Source: Epithemia pelagica (Eukaryota; Protista; Bacillariophyta). From it: a stretch of 64,000 bases of DNA. Location of the stretch: assembly GCA_946965045.2 (NCBI GenBank), contig OX337229.1:4712001-4776000 (forward strand), given 5' to 3'. Position 1 is the first letter of the stretch. Every line of letters starts with the position of its first letter. Position numbers and translations under genes: made by a program. Of the stretch, positions 52,835 to 61,998 are shown piece after piece. The notes under the pieces were generated by a model, which ran no database searches, had not been told where the DNA came from, and saw only the letters and a program-made list of their open reading frames with translations.

Positions 52835-55729
52835 ATGTCTGATCCTTCCACGGAACGATCTGATTCTGGACCCACACCAGTTGGAGCTAAAACCACGGCC
52901 GTCTCGTTGTGGTTTAGTAAACCCCATTCGAAGCATCATCGTCGATATCCGGTTGTGGCAGCTTGGTCTTATCAGGCCGAAACCAAGAAATTGAGTTTTT
53001 CCTTGTGGCATGATCAAGGACCGGCACCCTACTTGTCGACTCTTTCGGCGTGGATTTCGGCACTCCAACCGGAAACGGTTCATGTTTCTGCTAGTAACAC
53101 GGCTGACATTGACAAGGATGACAAGAATTTGGCTCTGTGGATGCAAGATGTGGAGGACGATTTACGAAATCAAAATCCTAATCGTTACGAAACCAATTTG
53201 AATGAAACGAACGATGACAATGACGACGAGCCGGATCCATTGTCTGCGGCGGCTCCCACCTTGACGCGAGTGGTTCCCAGTGTGGTGCCAGTGCAAGTCC
53301 ACAAGGATGGAGTGGAACTCTTACGTGCCTTGGTACAAGACGATGCGGCCGCCTTGTATCAATTGCAAGCCAATCCAGACTTGACAACCATCAATCAAGG
53401 TCCTACACCACCCTTGTTGTGTGCCGCCGCCGTTCTCTTGGAAGCATTGGGCATTTACCAACCAAATTTGGGTCCCCAGTCCATTGTCGCGTATTGTGCC
53501 GACTTGGCGCAACAAGAGCAGCAGCAACAGCAGCAACAACAGCAGCAAAACCAAGACGAGTCTGAGTCGTATTCCACCAAACCTCCCATTGTTACTTCTT
53601 TTTCGATTCAAGCCATGCCAGCCACGCACAGTCTGGTGTTGGATCGGGCTGCCTCTACCAGTTTAAATGTCTGGCCCGTTCGTCATGCAGGTCAAGCTGC
53701 CGTGGAAGGTGCCACCGCCTGGCATGCTAGTTTGTATGGCCTGCTGTCGCATTATGCTCGTACCACCATGGGGCGTGGCAAGCTTCAACAATGGCTTCTT
53801 CACCCCCTCATTGATTTGGCGCCACTGTTGGAACGGCAGGAAGCGGTTGCCTACCTGGTCGATGAGGGCATTGTCCGACAGGGCTTGGTGGATCAGGGCT
53901 TGCAGCCCTTGGCGGGGACCAATTTGGAAAAGTTGGCCCTGCAATTGGAATCCTATCAAGGTGTGGACGATCAGGATGACAACAATGACAACCAAAAGGG
54001 CTTTGTCGGAAGTACGCGCAAGGCCCTTCAAGCCCTTTATGAGCTTTATCTCTTGGCTTCGCAAAAGGCACCAGCCTTGTCGCATCAACTCATGCCCATT
54101 CTCGAAAATGCACAAGACAATGACAACAATGGAGGATGTTCTGTCGCCTCCAAGTCCTCCTTGTTACAGCAGCATGCCGAAAGCGTACTCACCAGTGCAC
54201 AAGAATTGGAGCGTGCCATTGGCTTGTGCGAAGCTGTGCTGGATTTGGATCAAGCACCTCGAGAATATGTCGTCAAGCCGGAACATTCCCCTCGTCTCGC
54301 TGAGCTGTCCCAGGAATTGGCTCAATGGCAAGCCGAACTGGAAAAGTGTCACGAGGACATGAACGAATTGTGGATTGACTGTGCTGGATTGCCGCCCTCC
54401 AACAACAATAGCCGATATGTGCGGTTGCATATTCCAGACGCCAAGGCCAATGGTGACGCCTCCTATGAGTATCAATTTCGGTTGCCCAACTCCAACGACT
54501 CCAAAAAGTTGCAAGAACACAAGACGTTGAAACAACACAAGGTCACCGTGCATCGTATTTTGAAAAATGGTGTCTATTTTTCCACACCCACCCTCAAGCA
54601 ATTGGCCTGTCAGCGACAAGAATTGGATCGTGAATACGATTGTCATCAACGTCATGTTGTGGCGCAAGCTGTCGCGGTGGCGTCCTCCTACGCCCCCATT
54701 TTGCAACGAGTCCGCCATTCGGTGGCCTTTTTGGATGCCGTGGCTGCAATGGCGCAACTGGCCGTATTTAGTCCGGCAGCCTATTGTCGACCAACTCTGA
54801 CCGATTCCAATGAGGATGGTCATGGAATACGTCTTATGCAGGCTCGTCACCCCTGTGTCGAACGACAAGAAACTGTGGACTTTATTCCGAATGACATTCA
54901 ACTCACGCTCGGCAAGGACTCTTGTTGGTTGGTCACGGGTCCCAACATGGGAGGCAAGTCTACATTTATTCGCAGTGTTGGTGCCATTGTGACCTTGGCC
55001 CAAATGGGATCCTACGTGCCATGTGACAGTGCCGAAATCAATTTGGTCCACTCCATTGCCGCCCGTGTGGGAGCCGGAGATTCGCAAGAACGAGGGATTT
55101 CCACCTTTATGAGTGAAATGTTGGAAGCGTCTGCCATTTTACAGACGGCAACGCGACGATCCTTGATAATCGTCGACGAACTGGGACGAGGAACGAGTAC
55201 CTTTGATGGATACGGCTTGGCACGGGCCATTTGTGAACATGTTGTGGAAAAGATTCAGTGTCTGACAGTTTTTGCGACACACTTTCATGAATTGACAGTG
55301 TCCTTACCAAAGCAGTTTCCCCAGGGACAAGTCCACAATTGCCACGTGTCGGCCGTCACGGAGGACAATGAAGTGGTCTTTTTGTACAAGGTCGACGATG
55401 GTCCCTGTCTCGACAGCTTTGGTATTCCTGTGGCCGAAATGGCTCAAGTTCCACCACAAGCCATTCTTGATGCCAAGGCCAAATTGCGGGCACTGGAAGC
55501 TACATCCTCCTCCTTCGACAGCAGCAACAACGACAAGAGTGATGATTCCGTGGACCAGGCCCGCAATGGTAAACGACCACGTTCGGAGGACAGCAATGGT
55601 ACCGATCAAGATTGGCTCTCCAAGTTTCAAAAGATCAATGTTCCGGAGCTCTTGGCCTCGCAACAAGGTGGAAAAGCGATGGACGGCAAAGCCATCCAAC
55701 AAGTGCTTCTACAAGCACTTCAATCGTGA
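52835..55729 (+). CDS. MSH2: DNA mismatch-repair MutS homolog 2, divergent N-terminus
   Basis: TTMGRGKLQQWLLHPL, KNGVYF, ARHPCVE, FIPND, TGPNMGGKST, STFMSEMLE, IIVDELGRGTSTFDGYGLA and FATHFHEL. Confidence 0.85.
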   Translation: MSDPSTERSDSGPTPVGAKTTAVSLWFSKPHSKHHRRYPVVAAWSYQAETKKLSFSLWHDQGPAPYLSTLSAWISALQPETVHVSASNTADIDKDDKNLALWMQDVEDDLRNQNPNRYETNLNETNDDNDDEPDPLSAAAPTLTRVVPSVVPVQVHKDGVELLRALVQDDAAALYQLQANPDLTTINQGPTPPLLCAAAVLLEALGIYQPNLGPQSIVAYCADLAQQEQQQQQQQQQQNQDESESYSTKPPIVTSFSIQAMPATHSLVLDRAASTSLNVWPVRHAGQAAVEGATAWHASLYGLLSHYARTTMGRGKLQQWLLHPLIDLAPLLERQEAVAYLVDEGIVRQGLVDQGLQPLAGTNLEKLALQLESYQGVDDQDDNNDNQKGFVGSTRKALQALYELYLLASQKAPALSHQLMPILENAQDNDNNGGCSVASKSSLLQQHAESVLTSAQELERAIGLCEAVLDLDQAPREYVVKPEHSPRLAELSQELAQWQAELEKCHEDMNELWIDCAGLPPSNNNSRYVRLHIPDAKANGDASYEYQFRLPNSNDSKKLQEHKTLKQHKVTVHRILKNGVYFSTPTLKQLACQRQELDREYDCHQRHVVAQAVAVASSYAPILQRVRHSVAFLDAVAAMAQLAVFSPAAYCRPTLTDSNEDGHGIRLMQARHPCVERQETVDFIPNDIQLTLGKDSCWLVTGPNMGGKSTFIRSVGAIVTLAQMGSYVPCDSAEINLVHSIAARVGAGDSQERGISTFMSEMLEASAILQTATRRSLIIVDELGRGTSTFDGYGLARAICEHVVEKIQCLTVFATHFHELTVSLPKQFPQGQVHNCHVSAVTEDNEVVFLYKVDDGPCLDSFGIPVAEMAQVPPQAILDAKAKLRALEATSSSFDSSNNDKSDDSVDQARNGKRPRSEDSNGTDQDWLSKFQKINVPELLASQQGGKAMDGKAIQQVLLQALQS

Positions 55730-56063
55730 ACAGCAACCACTCCAGATCCAGTCCAGTGAAAAGAGCAGTGCCGTACTTCATCTACTCTAATACTAATAGA
55801 GGACCTATGCATGATAGCTCGGAATTTGCAAAGTGATGCTCTTTAGATGTAGTTTCTCAACACATCGTCAAAACCAAAACGTGGGGAATGTGTACTGGTG
55901 AGAGTGGGAAGCAACGGGGAAAGACCTTCATTTCCAACAGCGAATGATCTGTTTCAAAGCACTGCTTTGTTCCCCACCCTCTTTTGCGTTTCGTGTGAAA
56001 TATTCACCCACTTCAAAACGAACAAACACAAGAGAAGAACGAGTACCGAACTGAGTAAGGTTC

Positions 56064-57323
56064 CTAATTGACTCGCTTCTCTACGCTGTACATTTGCAAG
56101 GGAGGGGCTTGATTGTCAATCATGATTTCATCACCCAACTCCAAATGGTGTGTCAAATGGCTTCCATCAATAAAGATTCGACCCGTTTGTGAATTCCATC
56201 GAATATGAAGTTTTTGGCCGTCCTGCATCAAGTCATTATCCAAAAAGGTATTGGCATTTGGCTGGATGGAGCCAGATTCTGCTGGTGGAGATTGCGTTGG
56301 TATTGTTTCGCGCATGTGTTCTCGAATTAAATATTGCAAAGAGGTATCGGACAGATCCGGCATGGGTTTGCCACCGGCTGCTGCCATGGCAGCGGTAGAT
56401 CCAGTGGCAGTACAAACCCACATTCCACTGGACCACACATTGAGTGAATTGTGCACATGGTAGGCCGATCCGCCAAATCGTGTGACCGTTCCATATATTT
56501 GTGTTCCTTCATTGGGTTGCGAAGCACCAGGCTGTTCATCGTGAACCCACTGCATCCATCCCATTCTATAGCGACTCACAGCAGCCGGGGAAGGATTGGC
56601 TATCAATAAGTCGTTCAAAGCTGGAACAAGCAGTGTCTCAGAGAAGGTCGACTTGACCTTACAACGAATTCTGGTTCGTTTCTGCAAATTACCACCGCCG
56701 TGAAGGACTTCTTGTAGACCCTCTTCCATATTGAGAGCTGTGAATGAGCATAGAGCACCATGTGATCGTCTTTCATCTGATTTCTTTTTCTTCACCTGCC
56801 TATCCTCGCTCGATATGTTGGGATCCGAATTTATACCCAACAATGGAATGGTTCCATGATCCACAAAATGAGCTGACGACAAGACCGTCCCATCTCCTCC
56901 CACTGCCACAATCAAATCCACACCCGCCAGATGCTGTCGATCCAGATCTACGCGATTGACACAGGAAAACTGTACCACTCGTTGTTTCCGTAACAATGAA
57001 AGAAGATCCGTGACGCACTGCTTATGAGCCTTGTATCGCTGTTCCAACCGTTTCCATCTCAAGGCTTTGGGAGCTTGACCACGCAATTTAAGCTTAGCAA
57101 ACAGCAACAAACCGTTAGAGAGGTGTAGGTGCTCTTTTTCGACAAACACTATTGTTACATCAAAGCCAACTAACTGTCCAACCAGTTTATACCCTATGAG
57201 TAGTGATGACAACACGAACTCAGTTGCACTGACCTGAGAGTATTCTTCAAACGCCGTTTGCTTGATGACCACTAGAAGATTCTTGTAGCGGATGGACGAT
57301 CCAGCGACATTGAGAGATGCCAT
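56064..57323 (-). CDS. NAD(H) kinase (plant NADK3-like); in-frame intron 57093-57233
   Basis: VGGDGT, GINSDP, RSHGALC, PALND and SSGMWVCTATGSTAA. The 141-nt GTCAGT..CTAAG segment is non-homologous and splices EYSQ to LKLRG. Confidence 0.88.
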   Translation of the reverse strand: MASLNVAGSSIRYKNLLVVIKQTAFEEYSQVSATEFVLSSLLIGYKLVGQLVGFDVTIVFVEKEHLHLSNGLLLFAKLKLRGQAPKALRWKRLEQRYKAHKQCVTDLLSLLRKQRVVQFSCVNRVDLDRQHLAGVDLIVAVGGDGTVLSSAHFVDHGTIPLLGINSDPNISSEDRQVKKKKSDERRSHGALCSFTALNMEEGLQEVLHGGGNLQKRTRIRCKVKSTFSETLLVPALNDLLIANPSPAAVSRYRMGWMQWVHDEQPGASQPNEGTQIYGTVTRFGGSAYHVHNSLNVWSSGMWVCTATGSTAAMAAAGGKPMPDLSDTSLQYLIREHMRETIPTQSPPAESGSIQPNANTFLDNDLMQDGQKLHIRWNSQTGRIFIDGSHLTHHLELGDEIMIDNQAPPLQMYSVEKRVN

Positions 57324-57846
57324 GGTCGCCACAATAGAATCAACAGCAACACTTGAAAATCCACACAACCACGCCGCGTCAGAATCACTCGACCAACACA
57401 ACAGGCTACCTTATGCCAACAGGGCAAAAGAAGCAGCCTAAGAATCGTCGCAGATCGCAATTCGGAATTGCAACCGAAAGACGATGGCATGATGAGGGCG
57501 ACGATTGGATCGGTGCAGGTGCAGCAGATAGCAGATGGCGGGACAAAACTACCCCCAATCCATGCATAGAGGCATCTGATTATAATTAGCCTCTCTACTA
57601 GCTGGATCTATCTAGTGAGCTAAGAAGGAATGACTAATAGATAGGAGTAGTTAGCAAACGCATAGTGTTACATCCTCTTGCGATGTATCCTTACTCCTAT
57701 TGTAGCAGGAAGGTACTCCTACCTAGGTCATCCTAAATGAAGAACAGTAGAAGTAAATCAGTGGGATCTAACTATGAACACGGGTCAAGTATGTCGAGAA
57801 GGTAATAAAAAACAAGGGGGTGTATATCACAGAGTCATGTCGTCGT

Positions 57847-59238
57847 TTAGGAAAGATCGATCGATGCTCTCTGAAACTTTGTCTTGAGATGGCAGACGTA
57901 AAGGGAAAGTCCAACACAGGCGGCTCCAAAGAACGCGACCAAGACAAGGCCTATCGCCTTGTTGCTCAAATGTCCAGGAGCAGATCGGCGTGTTGTGATA
58001 ATTGTTCCATCGTCCCTGCTCACCTTGAGGCCTTCCATGTAGTTGCAAGCAACATTGTTCTTTTGCTTGTACATGTTGAAATAGGCGGACGGCAAGTTGG
58101 CTTCGCACTTTCCTGAGTAAAGGTAGGCAGTTTCACAAAATTCTTGAATTTGGTTCATCTCTTCTTGGGCATATTGGTTGTTGTTTTGGCCATTGTAGTT
58201 GTTTTGGCCATTATTGTTTTGACCGTTGTTGTTACCATTCTGGTTGTCGCCATTGTCGTTGTAGTATTCGGGTTGTTTGCACGAGAAGCAGTCATATTCA
58301 ATCATACTGCGGTCCGAAAAGGGAAGGTAACTATTCGTAGCCTCCAAGTAGGCACGTTTGCCACCGGTTTCGTCGGCCGGAATGGAGCAGGCATCGTCTT
58401 TGAACATTCCCATGAGAATGGCTCCACCTTGGTTCGCACAGTAGGGTCCAATGTAGTAGTTTCCGTCGCCATTGTTGTTTTGCCCTTCGCCATTGTTGTA
58501 GTTGTTGTAGGCATTCGCATATTCATCCTCGACAATGGCAATCTCGGTCGCGGTACATTCCATGTAGTCTTGAACGTCGAAATTATAGTCATAGGCATTG
58601 TAGCCGTCTTGATTGGCTTGGTTTTGGTCCGCGGCGGCATAGTCATACCATTCCTGAAAGGCCATTTTGGCCTCGACGTAGGCTTCCAAGTAGGAGTTGA
58701 GGTCGATAATGTAGTCTCCGTGGTTGCCGTTGCAGCCATTGGCCGAGTTGGCGTTGCAGGTATCCGAGGGACAAAGACGGAAGCGGACAACTTGTCTTGT
58801 CATGAGGCGGACATCTTCGGCATCCATCGCCTCCTGGTTCCACTTGAAGATGTCGTAGCAGCCTTGGAACTTGATCGAGTATTGGGACAACCAGGACGAT
58901 CCGAGCATCATGTAGTTGGAGAACCATTGCCATTCGGCCGCTTGGTTTTGGTTGTCACCACCACCATTGTAGTTTCCGCCGTTGTAGTTGTTTCCGCCGT
59001 TGTTTCCGCCGTTGTTCCCGTTGTTGCCATTGTAGTAGTTGTTTCCATAGTAAACACCGTTACCGTTGTTTTCAAAGTAGTTGACGTAACCGTCGTAATT
59101 GTTGTTGTTACCCTGGGCATCATTCGCCCGACGAGCTTTGCTGAGCAATCGTTTGCCGAGTTCGGACCCAGCTCTAATGTCCGCCGACACCATCGTGGCT
59201 ACCGTAGCGAGGAGAGCGCATCGAACCATATTCATCAT
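57847..59238 (-). CDS. Silicanin-like (Sin1 family) type I membrane protein, N/Q-rich, 12 luminal Cys
   Basis: Signal peptide, KARRA, SIKFQGC, VRFRLCPSDTC..HGDYIIDL, YYIGPYC, CFSC, CETAY..SGKCE, N/Q tracts, C-terminal TM and short tail. Confidence 0.75.
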   Translation of the reverse strand: MMNMVRCALLATVATMVSADIRAGSELGKRLLSKARRANDAQGNNNNYDGYVNYFENNGNGVYYGNNYYNGNNGNNGGNNGGNNYNGGNYNGGGDNQNQAAEWQWFSNYMMLGSSWLSQYSIKFQGCYDIFKWNQEAMDAEDVRLMTRQVVRFRLCPSDTCNANSANGCNGNHGDYIIDLNSYLEAYVEAKMAFQEWYDYAAADQNQANQDGYNAYDYNFDVQDYMECTATEIAIVEDEYANAYNNYNNGEGQNNNGDGNYYIGPYCANQGGAILMGMFKDDACSIPADETGGKRAYLEATNSYLPFSDRSMIEYDCFSCKQPEYYNDNGDNQNGNNNGQNNNGQNNYNGQNNNQYAQEEMNQIQEFCETAYLYSGKCEANLPSAYFNMYKQKNNVACNYMEGLKVSRDDGTIITTRRSAPGHLSNKAIGLVLVAFFGAACVGLSLYVCHLKTKFQRASIDLS

Positions 59239-60551
59239 CCTAGAAGAAGGGTGAAGCAAACGAAAAGAATCATGTTAGGAGGCAGGCCACTCATCGTATC
59301 TTTGCACCGTCCAACAATCATGGGGGATGATCCCTTCCGAATGACGCCCCCGAATCGATCTCATCATCCAATGTCCATCTTCGAGATGCGCATCCATATT
59401 CCATATTCTCACGAGAGTCTCAGTTTCACAGAATTGCCATCCTCTTCTTACCTGTTTCTCTTCGATATGGAGCACCGAGCAGCTCGAAATGAAAAATTTG
59501 GCTTTGAGTGTTTGTGTGAGAGACTGTCGTTCGCTCACACAAAAGATGGGTGAGGAGTCCGCGAAATTTTCGCTTCTTCGCTGCTGTTGGCTCAAACGAA
59601 TGAAATGGGGGGCTTCCTACACCACCATAAGAAACGTGAAGGGATTCGTACAGTAGGGCAATGGCATCGCTTGATGTAGTTGCGACTCGGATTTGGTCGC
59701 CAAGTACCTAAGTATTCCAGCGCTCGATCGCTGATCTTCGGCGACCGTTTGAAAACCATCCGATCTGTTCCAAGTATCTTTCGATTTCCTAGAGATCCCA
59801 AGCACGACAGGCTAGCGGCATTTAGGCATCGCGCATGCGTTGGCAAATTTTCCGAGTTATCAAACGAGTTGGACTGCGCTTAAACACATTTCAACGCTCG
59901 TCCAATGCTTCAGAAAAGAAATGAGTCCGCCACGTCGGATCGGCTATAAAATAACGCATTAGCGAGCGCGCGTGCCAAGTAGAGCGCATCCGTTGATTTC
60001 TTCGCTGGTTGTCTCTTGACCAAGCCTCTCCTCCTCGTTGTCTCACAGTTTTGCTTCTCTCGTCAAGGCCATAACAGATAACAGTCGTCTCTTTCAATTT
60101 ACTTGTCAACTCAGGTGTGTGTGTCTCTCTCTGTTTATCTTTCATGATGAAGCTTCACTTCATGTTTTGTTGAGCATACGATTGAGTCTCCGATATCTGG
60201 TGTACGCCATGGGCCGGTCATGCTCCTCGACTGAGTCGATAACCCACATGCGAACCACGGAGTTGGTGGAAAGCATGTGTGGTAGGCAATGACAAGCATT
60301 CTTCTGCATAAGTGGAGTGATCTTGTCTCCGCCAATGGTGCACAGGACCATGTTTAGGACACGAGGCTTTCATGTATCGTCGGAGATTCGTTTCTTAAGT
60401 CAGCTTGGTTGAGAAGGTCAACGATCCATGGCCCAGAGTGCGAGAAGGATTGTGACCGTTGCGTGCTCCTATCCGTTGGAAAAGGAAAACTCCACCTCGT
60501 GCTCCTAGAACTCTTATCTGACACTGTTTTCTTCCTTCTCTTCAGATCACC

Positions 60552-61793
60552 ATGAAGTTTACAATTGCTGCCCTCCTTGCTGTTGCCGTTTCGGCCAGCC
60601 AACCTCAATCCAAAAACACCCCCAAGGCCAAGTACATGAACAACATGCTTCGCAATTCCAAGGTTGTCCGTGACCTTCAAGAGGACTACCCAGTGGACAT
60701 TTCTTCCTACTCTGTTAAGTTCCAGCAGTGCCAATTTGTCAAGGGATTTGATGATGAGCTCGCTGAACAAGAAGAGTCCTCCACTGTTTTGGGAACCACT
60801 CGCTTCGCCTTGTTCCGTCTCTGCCCCAACAGCTGTGCCGATGAATGCGCCTACAACTACGGTGAATACATTCTCGACTTGGAAACCTACCTTGAATCGA
60901 CCGTTCAATACTTCCAAGAGTCCGAACAAGAACGATGCAATACTTGCTACGAATACTGCCAAAACGATGGCAATGATCAAGGAAACAACAACGGCGGCCG
61001 ACGTTTGAACGACGCGAATGCCTTCAACGCTAACTACGACTGTACCTGCCTTGATGACTGTGAAAAGATGGAGAACATGGAAGAGAACGGTTACGTGGAT
61101 GCCACGGATTTCATGAACTGTGAACTGATTTACGCATCCGAGGACAATGGTGACGGCGATGTTGTCGAATACTACGCCGCCCCAGTCTGTACTTCCCAAG
61201 GAAGCAAGATCAAGATTGGTGTCTTCTCTGATCAGAACTGCCAAGTATACGAACCCGATCTTGAAGTTGAGGACTACTTTGAAGCCGATGATAACGGTGA
61301 TACCCCCCAACTTTCTCATGCTCTCCTCAAAATGACCTACCAAAACACTTGCATCTCCTGTCTCGAAGTTGACGAAAACGACGAGAACAACAACAACCAA
61401 AACGGCAACAATGATGCCCAGGATGCCGACAATGTTCTTGACATTTGTGAGAACTTGTACAACTTTGCTGGAAAGTGCGAATACTCACACGGATTCACAA
61501 ACGGATACTACAGCATGTACGGATACGAGAACCAAGCCTCTCAAGAAGATGTTGTGTGCGACTTTATCCAATCATTGAAGTCTGGTACTTACGACGAGAC
61601 AGGTGAAATCAACCTTTCGGGTGCCTCTTTCTCCATTGGCGGTGGAGCCAGCACAACTGGTGGACAGAAGTTTGCTCTTACCTTCTTTGTCCTTGGAACT
61701 GTTGGACTTGCCGTCTACGCTGCCATGCTTCACTCCAAGCTTACCAAGGGAGGTGCCACTGGCATGGAAGCCGGATCTGGTGCCTTGGCATAA
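60552..61793 (+). CDS. Silicanin-1-like type I membrane protein, 18 luminal Cys
   Basis: Signal peptide, RDL (RXL motif), SVKFQQC, LFRLCPNSC..YGEYILDL, N/D/Q-rich tracts, 18 Cys counted, C-terminal TM and about 20-aa tail. This matches the described Sin1 architecture. Confidence 0.8.
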   Translation: MKFTIAALLAVAVSASQPQSKNTPKAKYMNNMLRNSKVVRDLQEDYPVDISSYSVKFQQCQFVKGFDDELAEQEESSTVLGTTRFALFRLCPNSCADECAYNYGEYILDLETYLESTVQYFQESEQERCNTCYEYCQNDGNDQGNNNGGRRLNDANAFNANYDCTCLDDCEKMENMEENGYVDATDFMNCELIYASEDNGDGDVVEYYAAPVCTSQGSKIKIGVFSDQNCQVYEPDLEVEDYFEADDNGDTPQLSHALLKMTYQNTCISCLEVDENDENNNNQNGNNDAQDADNVLDICENLYNFAGKCEYSHGFTNGYYSMYGYENQASQEDVVCDFIQSLKSGTYDETGEINLSGASFSIGGGASTTGGQKFALTFFVLGTVGLAVYAAMLHSKLTKGGATGMEAGSGALA

Positions 61794-61998
61794 AAAGAAT
61801 CCTTGGATCATCAATCTGGATATTCCATTGTGTTGACTTAACGTTTGTTTCATTCCCCTAGCAATAAAAACTTACAAACAACTGCACCAATCGTCTGGTT
61901 GAGGAAAAACTTTATATAAGATTATTGTTTCAAATTAGTGACCTTTTTGACTGTGTAGTGTGTTTGACGCATGTGCTCGGATGGCGGAGAATCTCAAC

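Noticed and set aside
58144-61400. Long antisense ORFs (469 aa and 348 aa)
   Set aside because: Shadows of the AAC/GAC/TAC codon bias of the silicanin-like genes.
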